Assembly: GCF_963921235.1 (NCBI RefSeq)
Contig: NC_086097.1
Coordinates: 160,334,001 to 160,398,000 of the forward strand
Direction: 5' to 3'
DNA length: 64,000 nucleotides
Origin: Mobula hypostoma
Taxonomy: Eukaryota
Position 1 is the stretch's first letter; the number at the start of each line of letters is the position of its first letter. Under the pieces are notes generated by a model. It searched no databases. It worked only from the letters and a program-made list of their open reading frames with translations, and was not told the origin of the DNA. Of this stretch, positions 13,059-25,730 are shown one piece after another. The position numbers and the translations under genes were made by a program.

Positions 13059-15055
13059 ACATGGAGACAATGACACCGAATGGTGACCCCTTCGTTTGCA
13101 TCTTCAGAAACAGTTCTATTTCCATCTTTAATAACTCTGTTTTTCCCTTTCAGGGTTCTTTTGAAGACCCTGACCTGGAGTTACATGCTGACTTCGGTTC
13201 TTTGCTAGAATGGGGCCCGCTCTCGGTGTTACACAACTGGCCGTTATTCAATATAGACAATAGATAATAGATAATTGGTGCAGGAGTAGGCCATTCGGTC
13301 CTTTGAGCCAGCACCACCATTCACTGTGATCATGGCTGATTATACACAATCAGTACCCCGTTCCTGCCTTTTCCCCATATCCCTTGACTCCACTATCATT
13401 AAGGGCTCTATCTAACTCTCTCTTGAAAGCATCCAGAGAATTGGTCTCCACTGCCTTCTGAGGCAGAGCATTCCACAGATCCACAACTCTCTGGGTGAAA
13501 GAGTTTTTCCTCAACTCCGTTCTAAATAGCCTACCCCTTACTCTTAAACTGTGGCCTCTGGTTCTGGACTCCCCCAACATCAGGAACATGCTTCCTGCCT
13601 CTAGCGTGTCCAATCCCTTAATAATCTTATATGTTTCAATCAGATCCCCTCTCATCCTTCTAAATTTCAGTGTACACAAGCCCAGTCGCTCCATCTTTCA
13701 ACATATGACAGTCCCGCCATCCAGGGAACTAACCTTGTGAACCTACACTACACTCCCTCAATAGCAAGAATATCCTTCCTCAAATTTGGAATCCAAAACT
13801 GCACACAATATTCCAGGTGCGGTCTCACCAGGGCCTTGTACAACTGCAGAAGGACCTCTTTGCTCCTATACTCAACTCCCCTTGTTATGAAGGCCAACAT
13901 GCCATTAGCTTTCTTCACCACCTACTGTACCTGCATGCTTACTTTCAGTGACTGATGAACAAAGAAAGACACCTAAATCTCGTTGTACTTCCCCTCTTCC
14001 TATCTGCCTTCCTGTTCTTGCCACCAAAGTGGATAACCTCACACTTATCCACATTAAACTGCATCTGCCATACACCTGCCCATTCACCCAACCTGTCCAA
14101 GTCACCCTGCATTCTCATAACATCCTTCTCACATTTCACACTTCCACCCAGCTTTGTGTCATCTGCAAATTTGCTAATGTTACTTTTAATCCCTTCATTG
14201 AAATCATTAATGTATATTGTAAATAGCAGCAGTCCCAGCACCAAGCCTTGCAGTACCCCACTAGTCACTGCCTGCCATTCTGAAATGGACCCGTTAATCC
14301 CTACTCTTTACTTCCTGTCTGCCAACCAATTTTCTATCCATGTCAGTACCCTACGCCCAATACCATGTGCTCTAATTTGGCCCACTAATCTCCTATGTGG
14401 GACCTTATCAAAGGCTTTCAGAAAGTCCAGGTACACTACATCCACTGGCTAAGGATGCGGCCTAAGAGATTAGCTCACCTTCGGAGTTCTGGGATCTCGT
14501 GGCTCTGGAGACGGGCAGACCGAAGGTCGCTGTCTCTGCAGGGACCTGGTGTGTTGTGAGAGATGGAAGATCAAAAGCAGCAAGCTGGCTGCTGGCTGTG
14601 TGCCCAGAGACCTGAGTTCTTTGGGCACAGAGGTCGGAAAATGCAATGGACTTTTAACATCATAAATGAGTGAGTTGTTTGTTATGTTCCCCCTCTCGCT
14701 GTGAAACAGAGACATCTCTTTCTCCCTTATTCAGGCAAGGGAGAGCCTGTGATATGTTGAATACTGGGTGAACAAGTAGTGTTTGGGGTACTGCAAGTCT
14801 GTCTCTTTATCGATGCTTTGCTGCACACTTGAGTGCTCAGTGGTGGGTGCCGATGCTTTTACTTTGCTGGAGGGGGAGGGGGATTGTTGCTTTGCTGCTG
14901 CTTACATGTTGGGGGTGGAGCTTTGGGTTTCTAACATTTAAATGTCATTCATTCTTTGAGTGCACTCCTCTGTTTTCGTGGATGGTTGTGAAGAAAAAGT
15001 ATTTCAGGATGTGTATTGTATACATTTCTCTGATATTAAATGTTCCTTAAAATTT
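13059..15055 (+). mobile_element. Non-autonomous retroposon split by a CR1 and itself inside a minus-strand Rex1 3' end (13030-13058 and ~15055-15310)
   Basis: Non-coding CpG-containing body at 13059-13256 and 14449-15055. The Rex1-type 3' UTR text stops at 13058 and resumes at ~15055. Confidence 0.5.
13257..14448 (-). mobile_element. CR1 LINE, 5'-truncated, RT C-half
   Basis: Minus ORFs 13945-14268 (GVLQG.VLG..LFTIYIND...KFADDTKL) and 13350-13694. Heptamer tandem tail at 13257-13275. Confidence 0.95.
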
Positions 15056-17817
15056 GACATTTTATGGTAGCAGTTCAGTGCAGTATGTAAAAAAACTACA
15101 AGTTGCAATGAGAAATATAAATAAATAAATAATGCAAAAAGAAAACTAAACGGTGAGGTAGTGTTCATGGGTCCATGGACTATTCAGAAATCTGATGGCA
15201 GAGGGGGAGAAGTTGTTCCTAAAACATTGAATATGCATCCTTAGGCTCCTGTACCTCTACCCCAATAGTAGTAATGAGAAGGAGACAACTGGTGGATGGT
15301 GAGGTCCTTACATCATCATTTTAAAGTATCTTACATATATTATAAAGTATTTTAAAGTACAGCTGCTTCTACCTCCCTTTCAGAACTTTTCAAAGTATTT
15401 CAGCTGCCTGAGTTCTAAACACTGGCATCCCCTCTCTAACACGACATGTGGTTCATTGCACCATACAAAATGCTGAAGTGTTCTGTGGGTCAAGCAGCGT
15501 TTATGGTGGAAACTGAATAGTTGATGTTTTGGGTTGAAACCCTTCAGTTCATTGCAGAAAATATTACACGCAGCACGATCAACCAAATAGTGTTGTAATA
15601 TTGACAGAATAATTTGATTGCCAAATACCTGAATTCCTTTGTTACTTGTTGCCTGTTACTTTAATTTGTCAAACTAATCACTCTCTTGCTCAGCCTGCTG
15701 CACTTTTCCAGCAAATCTTAATGTAGGTTTGAAAGTCTGCACCCCGTCTTCCAACAAAGGCATTCTGACTCACCAATTAAATTGATAGTGTTGAAAGTGT
15801 GCACATTTTCCCCCACTCCAGTGCTGCTTTCTAATATCACATACCTTTAAGTTTCATAGTTAAAATAATCTAAGGATCCTACAGGGGACCTGTTAAAATG
15901 TTAGCAGATATTAGCATCATGGCCAACCAGTCAGATGCAAGGATTGATGTTCTGGAACAGTAAACACTTCCATCATAAAATCTGGGACAAGACTGCCAAG
16001 AATTATGTTAAATTGCTTTAAGTATTTTTTTCTCTTTCAAGAACTTGAAGTTATACAAATCCAGTTACTCTTAGTTTTCTCTCCCTCACAGTATCTACAG
16101 ATATAAAAAAAATCATTTCATTGTATATAATCACTCTTCTCACATTCACATTCCTTATTTATTTTGCAGTGGCCTACATTATGGCCTTTTGCTCATTTAG
16201 ATTTGCTAATGAATAAAATAACCCTTCTGCCACCAACTTTATCACATTCTGATTAGAAAATCAATAGATTAGGGACAGCTGCGAGTTTAGTTTTTTTTTA
16301 CTATTAAAGGAATATTTTTCAGCCAACTGCCCCCAAATGGTTTTGTTCAATGCTTGGCTTTATTTATTGTATTCACGTTTTATGTGATTTTCTGCCACTT
16401 AGAATTCTCTGGAGGAACTTAGACTGCATTTCCATTGAAGATATTTGGTTAACCTACTGGGACTGGATAACCTTTATACTAAAAGCCATTTATTTCATCC
16501 ATCTGCCCACCTACATAAAATAGTTCCCTCATTTGCACTAGAAGAAATGTCACAGCTGTCACCTTGGAAAAAAAAGAAACATTAATTGCTTCTTTAATGT
16601 GATTGTGGACGATACAATTATGTGAATTATACAGCTTGATCTTAAATGAAAACGTGTTAACTTTTTGTGAGAAGATTTTGAATTTGCCAAAAACTTAACT
16701 TCATACTCAAGGAAGAATTTCCATTCACTTTCTTTTGAATTCCATGAATTCCATTGAGACAAAAGTTTTCAGTAATGTCTATAACAATTAAAAAGTTAGC
16801 TGTAAAATTAAAGGCAGATATTAAAGATATATTTGTATCTTACATACTGCATGATGGATGGGTGTAATAAGTACTTTTGTACATTATGGAGACTCTGCAT
16901 TTCACTTGGTTCATCACACTAGTACTTCACCACATTAAACATCAAATGGCAGACATGGATCAATTCATGCATTCATTAACCTTAATTCATCATAACATAG
17001 ATATTAACTGTCACTCAGAAAGAACAAGACATGACATGGGATTGCAGCCAATTATTGAATAAAGAGATATGAAAGAAAGCATGAGAGATTAAGATCAGCA
17101 TTTTTAATCTATATATGAAAAAGCTATTCTAACTTTTGATAATGCTAACTTGCCATAGTATTTCCAATTATACTATAAAGCAAGTTAAAAATACATTGAT
17201 AGCCTTCAAGTTATTTTGCAACATTTCCAGCCATACCATCAATTTATCAATTAATTCATTTCCTGGTTAGCCTGTTCAATGTTTTCTCATCAATGAAAGT
17301 TCCATCTTATTCTCAATAACTGATTTTTCTTGTGTGTAACTATGCATTTGGGTTGAGAGCAGATTTATTCCAATTATAAGTTACTTTCACACTGTTACTC
17401 TTCATACCTTATCATGCTAAATGTGTTTTACAATGTGATTCATTCGTATGTAATCCATTACTTAATTTTGCTTTCATTTTTCATGTTACAATTGTGGAAA
17501 CAGGATTGGAAATATGAGATCATTAGAATCTTCATATCCTTACTTCCATAAGGAATTGTGTTGCACTTTCTGTTACTGCTCATGTGAATAGTTGATATTT
17601 TGCATGGTAATTTCAGAGTTCAATTTCCTTCAAATCCTCAATAACAAAGATTCCTTGACATAATGAAGTTTTCTGAGAGCTGCTCTTCAAATAATGACAA
17701 CCCACCTTTGAACCAGATATTCCTTTTGATTATTTGGTTTAATTCCCCACTCTACATAGGATAGTCAACTTCTCAACTGAATTATACATTCCAAAAAAAA
17801 GGAGAATAGAAGGATTA

Positions 17818-19340
17818 TTAGAACATAGAATAGTACAGCACATTACAGGCCCTTCAGCCCACAATATTGTGCTGACCCTCAAACCCTGCCTCCCATATAA
17901 CCCCCCCCCAACTTAAATTCCTCCATATACCTGTCCAGTTGTCTCTTAAACTTCACTAGTGTATCTGCTTCCACCACTGACTCAGGCAGTGCATTCCACG
18001 CACCAACCACTCTCTGAGTAAAAAACCTTCTTCTAATATCCCCCTTGAACTTCCCACCCCTTACCTTAAAGCCATGTCCTCTTGTATTCAGCTGGGGAAG
18101 AGGCGCTGGCTATCCACTCTATCTATTCCTCATATTATCTTGTACACCTCTATCATGTCTCCTCTCATCCTCCTTCTCTCCAAAGAGTAGAGTCCTAGCT
18201 CCCTTAATCTCTGATCATAATGCATTCTCTAAACCAGGCAGCATCCTGGTAAATCTCCTCTCTACCCTTTCCAATGCTTCCACATCCTTCCTATAGTGAG
18301 GTGACCAGAACTGGACACAGTACTCCAAGTGTGGCCTAACCAGAGTTTTATAGAGCTGCATCATCACCTAGCGACTCTTAAACTCTATCCCTCGACTTAT
18401 GAAAGCTAACACCCCATAAGCTTTCTTAACTACCCTATCTACCTGTGAGGCAACTTTCAGGGATCTGTGGACATGTACCCCCAGATCCCTCTGCTCCTCC
18501 ACACTACCAAGTATCCTGCCATTTACTTTGTATTCTACTTTGGAGTTTGTCCTTCCAAAATGTACCACCTCACACTTCTTCAGGTTGAACTCCATCTGCC
18601 ACTTCTCAGCCCACTTCTGCATCCTATCAATGTCTCTCTGCAATCTTTGACAATCCTCTACACTATCTACAACACCACCAACGTTTGTGTCGTCTGCAAA
18701 CTTGCCCACCCACCCTTCTACCCCCACATCCAGGTCGTTAATAAAAATCACGAAAAGTAGAGGTCCCAAAACAGATCCTTGTGAGACACCACTAGTCACA
18801 ATCTGAATCCTCCAATCCTCCAATCTGAATGTACTCCCTCCACCACAACCCTCTGCCTTCTGCAGGCAAGCCAATTCTGAATCCACCTGGTCAAATTTCC
18901 CTGGATCCCATGCCTTCTGACTTTCTGAATAAGCCTACTGTGTGGAACCTTATCAAATGCCTTACTAATATCCATGTACAAACGTAGATCACATCCACTG
19001 CACTACCCTCATCTATATGCCTGGTCACCTCCTCAAAGAACTCTATCAGGCTTGTTAGACACGATCTGCCCTTCACAAAGCCATGCTGACTGTACCTGAT
19101 CAGACCATGATTCTCTAAATGTCCATAGATCCTATCTCTAAGAATCTTTTCCAACAGCTTTCCCACCACAGACGTAAGGCTCACTGTTCTATAATTACCT
19201 GGGCTATCCCTACTAGCTTTTTTTGAACAAAGGGATAACATTAGCCTCCCTCCAATCCTCTGGTATCATTCTCGTGGACAACGAGGACATAAAGATCCTA
19301 GCCAGAGGCTCAGCAATTTCTTCCCTTGCCTCATGGAGCA
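17818..19340 (-). mobile_element. CR1 LINE, 5'-truncated RT region
   Basis: Minus ORFs 18891-19241 (PGNYRTVSLTS...SQHGFVKGRSCLT) and 18368-18886 (GVSQGSVLGP...KFADDT). 3' UTR at ~17820-17900. Confidence 0.95.
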
Positions 19341-19915
19341 TATGTTAACCCCTTCATTCTTGGAAACATCCTTGTGGACCTTGTCTGGACTCTCTCCAAT
19401 GACAACACATCCTTTCTGAGATATGGGGCCCAAAGCTGTTGACAATACTCCAAGTGTGGCGTGACTAGTGTCTTATAAAGCCTCACCATTATCTCTTGCT
19501 TTTATATTCTATTACCCTTAAAATAAATGCATAAACATAAACATTGGTTTTGCCTTCTTTGCCACAAACGCAACCCATAAATTGACCTTCTGGGGGTCCT
19601 GCACGAGGACTCTGAAGTCCCCCTGCACCTCTGATGTTTGAATTTCCTCCAGATTTAGATAATAGTCTGCACTATTGTTCCTTTTACCAAATGTGCATTG
19701 TCACACATTTCCCAACACTGTATTCAATCTGACATATTTTTGCCCATTCTTTCAATTTGTTTAAGTCCTGCTGCAATCACGTTGCTTTCTCAGCACTACC
19801 TACCCCTCCACCTATCTTTGTATCATCTGCAACCTTTGCCAAAAAGCCATCTATTCCATTATCCAAATCACTGACAAACAATGTGAAAATTAGCGGTCCC
19901 AATACTGACCCCAGA
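19341..19915 (-). mobile_element. CR1 RT fragment (second subfamily)
   Basis: Reverse strand encodes GSVLGP...FADDTK-like and downstream CR1 motifs, with stops. Confidence 0.8.
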
Positions 19916-19974
19916 GGTACAAGATGAGGGTTTTTATCTTCACTATCCATTCAAGCAGTGTGTCCCACTATTCA

Positions 19975-20960
19975 TAAGACCAAAAAACCATTAGATATAG
20001 GAGCAGAAGTAGGCCATTCAGCCCATCAAGTCTGCTCCGCCATTCAATCATGGGCTGATCAAATTCTTCCAGGCATCCCCACTCCCCTGCCTTCACCCCA
20101 TACCTTCACTGCCACAAAAATTGAAAAAGGTAAACAGAACTTGGATCCACGGCACCCACTACATCATCATGTGCCTGTTTCCTACTGCCTAAAATCGAGG
20201 AAAAGCTTTGCTATAGTGGAAGAACTACTGCACGGAACATCCCCCCAAACATACAAGATTGACCTCTGGCAACAAACAGAAGCCAGAACCCCACCAAACA
20301 ATACAGTGCAAGACCCCACAGAAATGTTGCCAGATGGGGCACTGCTTGACAGATGGAAGTGGTGCACTCCCAAAACAGCGAGAGTTTGTAGGACGGGAGA
20401 CAATATGGTGAAGTGGGGTTTAAAGACCAGCGAATTCTGTGAGTATAGTGAAAGGATGCAGAACATTGAACACATTCTGCGCAAGTGCTCACTCTCACCG
20501 ATTTAGCTGACACTGACCTGCTCAACATCAACCAAACAACACTAGAGTGGCAGGCTGTCTGGTGTGACAAGCTATGATGACCCCATACCCTTTGATGCCC
20601 TGACTAATCTAGAACCTATCTATCTCTGCCTTAAATACACCCAATGACTTGGCCTCCACAGCTACTCGTGGCAACAAATTCCACAGATTTACCACCCTCT
20701 GACTAAAGTAATTTCTTCGCATCTCAGTTCTAAATGGGTGTCCTTCAAACTTGAAGTCGTGCCGTCTTGCCCAGAACCCCCTACCATGGGAAGTAACTTT
20801 GCCATATCTAATCTGTTCAGGTCTTCTAACATTCGGAATGTTTCTCTGAGATCCCCCCTCATTCTCCTGAACTCCAGCCCAAGAGCTGCCAGACGTTCCT
20901 CATACGGTAACCCTTTCATTCCTGGAATCATTCTTCTGAATCTTCTCTCAACCCTGTGAG
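19975..20960 (-). mobile_element. CR1 3' end interrupted by an RTE-X-like fragment
   Basis: Minus ORF 20689-20931 (IPGMKGLPYEERL...EFRRMRGDL). 3' UTR at 19975-20104. Confidence 0.85.
20105..20580 (+). mobile_element. RTE-X/Vingi-like LINE 3' fragment
   Basis: HPLH...LKSRKSF...NMVKWGL...C....QNIEHIL..C C-terminal motifs, (TGA)n tail, TSD ACCCCATACC at 20095-20104 and 20580-20589. Confidence 0.8.
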
Positions 20961-22919
20961 TGGGAAAATAAATTCTGACCTTTCTTCTAATCTTCCTACC
21001 AATTAGCGTAAATGCATGCTCCCTACCTCATCTTTATTATCCCACCTTTTCAAGCAAATTTCCAGTTCACCTCACTACAGCATCTCATAAATTATGATCT
21101 TCAATTCAATCTTTTTTATACAACATTAATCTCTCTAATCTCTTCCTATAACTCCAATTTTCTATTGTTGACAGCATCCTTGTAAATTTCTTTACCTTCC
21201 CTTGTGTTGTTTAATATAAACCATTCTGTAAAGGCTTTTTAAAGCTTTTTTCATAAAAAAAAAATAATTATTTACTCAACTCGATGGAACAACAAATTCA
21301 TCACAAACTAGAGGCACTTAGTGTTTTCAGGTGAAAAATATCCAGGAAGAATCATCAAATAATTTCACCAACTGGACTTTATTGCCATGGGATCTGAAAA
21401 AAACTCAGTTTAATTTCCCAGATCTCCTTAATTTCAAAGCAACTCCAATCATTTAATTCCATTTTATTTAAAAAAGTGAAGATTCATTCCTCCAAAAGAT
21501 TTTTTTTAAATTGGAAACCTAGGTAGACAGTGGGACTATCTGGTATAAGCCCATAAATACAATATGTTGTATACATTTTAATTCAAAATTCTTTCAAGAT
21601 TTAAATTACACAGCAGTCTGTTAAATAGAAGTGTTAGACTTGAGCTCATCCAGAATCCTCTTGCCCCTAATTTATTTCGCATTATTTACAGTATACCTAT
21701 CTCTGCTTGCTGCCTAGCAGTTCTAATAGGGATTCACTCTTAAACATCACCTAATTTTAAACTCACATAGGAACTTTCCCCTACCATTTCTGTAACTTCC
21801 TCCAGCTCCTTGATTGATGTTTGCTCTCTTTTTAATCCAGAAACCTGAGTATCTCTAATTTGAATTATCTTCCACTGGTGACTGTACCTTCAGCCACTTG
21901 GTTCCTTCCTCCACCCTTTCCTTCTTCATATCTCTCCCTCTCTCTAAAAGGCTCCATGAAACTCATCCATTGATGCAATCTTCTGTTCTAATATCTCCTA
22001 TTTTCTAGATATATATTCACTTGCTAAAACTTCGGCAAAATTCTTTGGGAATTATGTGAATAAAAGCCAGTGCTGGCATCATTATAGTTGTACTGCAAGC
22101 ATTAAGGAAGTATAATTTCATTGCTAATTCATTATTGTGTGAAGTAGTTACTCGAGAACAGTGACTATGGAGCCGGGATCTATTAGGACCACAAATAAGT
22201 ATAGATAATGATCTACACATAAGGGGTTAAATCCCAAAAGTGTGCCTTAGTCATGCTTAAAACATGGAGTTCATGACACACTATGAAACAACAAAAGTTA
22301 AAAAGAAAGCACCTTTGAAAATTTTATGAGAGAGGTAGCAGTGACTTATTCATATAACATTTATGGATAGATATCTGCTTGGTGAGGTGATTAAAGGATA
22401 AAAAAATAAAATGGGTAAATAGCCCTGAGGTACATTTCAGTCATGATAGAGTAACTCAAAGGATTAAATAGGCTAATCATGTTCATTTTGGCTTAGCTTA
22501 AGAAACAGTTATTTACCCAAGCTCCTTGACCAATGAGCTACTGTGCCAAACCTATCTCTTGTGACACTGTCAACTGCCAGCATGTAAACGTGGTTCAGAT
22601 TGGGTGGTGCTTCCTGGCTGACAACCATTGCTCCAGTAACTGTATGCCCCCTTAGACACTGATTAAATTTTTGCATCCAAATATCCTCATTTTCCCTAAT
22701 CAATGCTGTTTTTGACACCAATGTTGCAGCCTTCCAATGGAACTTAAATAAAGATGCTCTGGTAGCCCAGGCTTTCAAGGTGTATGATATTGGTCATGTA
22801 AGAATGACGCTTCTGAAACTATACAAGCAGCTGATTTTTTTATGATCAAGAAAATAAATTTTTAATGGAACTCAGTGGTTTTGGCAGCATGTGGGGAGCA
22901 AAGAGTAGTCATCCTTCGA

Positions 22920-23019
22920 AGACATAAGAGTCTGCAGATGCTGGCAATATTGAGACATGAGTGTCTGCAGATGCTGGCAGTATTGAGACATGAGTGTCTG
23001 CAGATGCTGGCAGTATTGA
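22920..23019. repeat. 33-bp tandem repeat x3 derived from a pLTR end
   Basis: Unit GAGACATGAGTGTCTGCAGATGCTGGCAGTATT; appears as an 11-aa repeat in ORF 22875-23057. Confidence 0.9.
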
Positions 23020-23188
23020 GCAACACACACAAAATACAGGAGGTACTCAGCAAGTAAGGCAGCATCTATGGAGGGGAATAGTCAATAACTGAGGCAGAGA
23101 CCATCCACCAGGACTAGAAAGAAAAGGGTAGAATCCAAAGTAAGAAGAAGAGGTGGGAAGGAGTGCAAGCTGGCTGGTGATAGGTGGG

Positions 23189-23432
23189 CAACACACATCA
23201 AAGTTGCTGGTGAATGCAGCAGGCCAGGCAGCATCTCTAGGAAGAGGTACAGTCGACGTTTTGGGCCGAGACCTTTCGTCAGGACTCACGAGTCACTTTG
23301 AGTCCTGATGAAGGGACTCGGCCCGAAACGTCGACTGTACCTCTTCCAAGAAATGCTGCCTGGCCTGCTGCGTTCACCAGCAACTTTGATGTGTGTTGCT
23401 TGAATTTCCGGCGTCTGTAGAATTCCTCGCGT
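23189..23432. mobile_element. 244-bp fold-back Penelope pLTR element
   Basis: ~100-bp inverted arms 23189-23288 and 23299-23398, 10-nt spacer, extra tail on the plus arm only, 14-bp TSD TGGTGATAGGTGGG at 23175-23188 and 23433-23446. Confidence 0.9.
23301..23336 (+). ncRNA. Minimal type I hammerhead ribozyme motif, core intact
   Basis: AGTC-CTGATGA-A-GGG(ACTCGG)CCC-GAAA-C-GTC-GACT: stem I AGTC/GACT, CUGANGA and GAAA boxes, GUC cleavage triplet. Confidence 0.8.
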
Positions 23433-24379
23433 TGGTGATAGGTGGGAGCTGGTGAGGGGGAAGGACGATGTGTAGGAGCAGAAGGATGAATGTGAGAAGC
23501 TGGGAGGTGATAGGTGGAAGAGGTAAAGGGCTGGAATCTGATGGGAGAAAAGAGTGGACCACGGAAAAGAGAGAAAGATGTAGGGAACCAGAGGGAGATG
23601 ATAGGCAGATCTTGAGGGCAGGAGAAGGGAAGAGAAGGGCTTAGAGGGTCGCCAGAATGAAGGAGACAGTAGGGGAAGATTGGGGAAGCAGATGATAGTA
23701 GTTACCATAGTTTAGAGAAATCAATATTCCTGCCATCAGATGAAAGGGAGGAGTGAGGCAGGGTTGGCAGGTCTAATCCTTGTACTGCAATCTGCGATCA
23801 CATTCCCAGCAGCATAGATTAGAACTATATAAAACTAGTAAACTCTATTTTATTGAGGAATATATTCATTTCTTTCATTAAACAACGTTGAAACTCTTTG
23901 CATTGTCACCCTACTCTATGCACTAAAATGGCAGCTGCAATTAGAAGGCATGAGTTTAACAATATTTCTTTATTCAGTATGATTGAAAGTAACAGCATTT
24001 ATTTGACCCTCCTGGGTGTTCAATTTGTGTTAATTCAGCTCAGCACAGGTTTACTGAAATGTTCTTTGTATGGGCCGAACTCACGAATGATGTTAGTTAA
24101 ACATCCTCAAAATAGTTTTGTTCTGTCCAAGTTCCAGGGTCACACAGTTGCTCATGTTTTAATTAAAAATGCAAAGAAACTTCCACCCTGAGAGACTGTG
24201 AAGTAATAAATAGCAATAACGGTCAACAAAGAGGAAATAATCTTAGGTGAAGAGGTTTTTGTGAAGCAGACAATATTGGATCAGTCTAATCTGAAGATTT
24301 CCTCTGATTATAAGTAATGAAATAAAATTCAAAAGAGATATAGATCTCAAAGTCAGATTGAACAACAATGTAACCTCAG

Positions 24380-24805
24380 GATTAGAATCAGGTTTAATTT
24401 CACCAGCATACGTTGTGAAATTTGTTGTTATGCAGCAGCATGACATTGCAATATATACAGTAAAAACAAAACTGAATTATAATGTGTATAAAAATAAATT
24501 GAATAAGTAGTGCAAAAAAAAAGTAGTGAGGTCGTACCCAAGGGTCCAATGTTCATTCGGAAATCTGGTGGCAGAAGGGAAGAACCTATTTGTGAGGTGT
24601 TGAGTATGTGCATTCAGACTTCCTCCCTGATGGTAAAAATGAGAGGAGGACATGTCCTAGGTGATGTGGGTCCTTAATGTGGATGCTGCCTTTTTGAGGC
24701 ATTGCTTCTTGAAAATGCCCTGGATGCAGGGGACACTAGTGCCCATGATGGAGCTTATTGAGTTCATAACTTTCTGCAGCTTATTTAAAACCTATGCAGT
24801 GTCCC
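24380..24805 (-). mobile_element. Rex1/Babar-like LINE 3' end
   Basis: Collinear with 30222-30925, whose ORF is Rex1-like; typical 3' UTR. Confidence 0.75.
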
Positions 24806-24999
24806 CCATAACCCTTTTTTAGTTCTTTTAGATGTATCCAAGAAATACTAACTTGCAAGTTGTTTTAGTTCTGCCCCATTGTTTTCACTTTTGATTTTAA
24901 TATTGGACACCATCCATTCCATCAATAGCTCAACCCTTGCTTGTGAAATTGTAAAATACAGCAATTATGATAGACTGTTAACTGGTGGCCAGTCCAGAC

Positions 25000-25730
25000 A
25001 TTGGAAGTTTGGCGAGGAGGGGACTCCAGTTAAGTCCATTGACTGAGGCTAAAATCCAGAAGCAGGTCACTGCAAAGTAACAGAGCTTTAACCAGCAGCC
25101 AATTGGCGTTTGGGAATGATTAGCGAAAGCAAATTAAAGAAAGGCAGGGGCAAGCGCAGCGGCCATTGCCTGAGTACGCTCAGTCTGAATGGTGATCTTA
25201 AGGTATTAGCTTTTTGAGGCTTCTGTGAAGAGAGACTTCATTCAAACAAAGCAAAGGAAAGAAAAGCTCTCTTTTTCCCTTCTCTTCTCTATATCTGCTT
25301 GGCTAGGACAGTAGAGACATCAGGCAGGATTGTGAAATGCTCCTCTTGTGGGTTGTGGAAAGACAGAGAGATCTCCAGTACCCTGATGACTACAACTGCG
25401 AGAAGTGCATCCAGCTGCAGCTTCTAACAATCCATGTTAAGGAGTTGGAGCTGGAACTGGATGAACTCTGGATCATTCAGGAGGCTGAAAGGGTGATAGA
25501 TAGGACATACAGAGAGGTAGTTACACCCAAATTGCAGAACACAGGAAACTGGGTGACAGTCAGAAAGAGGAAGGAGGTTAAGGAGTCAGTGCAGAGCACC
25601 CCTGTGGCCATCCCCACAGGTATATCACTTTGGATACAGTTGGGGAAGAATGACCTAACAGAGGAAAGTCACAGTAGTTGGGTCTCTGGCACTGAATCTG
25701 CCTTGGTGACTCAGAAGGGAAGTGAGGAGA
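25000..25730 (+). mobile_element. CR1 5' UTR and ORF1 N-terminus (zinc finger, coiled coil)
   Basis: ORF 25337-25813 has PDDYNCEKCIQLQLL...VKELELELDELW...WVTVR, homologous to ORF 58200-58562. Left boundary approximate. Confidence 0.8.

Larger units (their letters stand above)
22920..23745 (-). mobile_element. Older Penelope 3' end/pLTR hosting the 244-bp fold-back insertion
   Basis: pLTR-like text on the minus strand, purine-rich 3' UTR, end-of-ORF remnant AGAGAAATCAATATTCCTGCCATCAG at ~23715-23740. Confidence 0.7.

Noticed and set aside
16500..16780. Small minus-strand exon candidates; similar ones at ~21330, ~22009, ~24257, ~32630, ~44195 and ~49590
   Set aside because: Isolated splice-like signals with short open frames, on mixed strands and with no recognisable protein; expected by chance.
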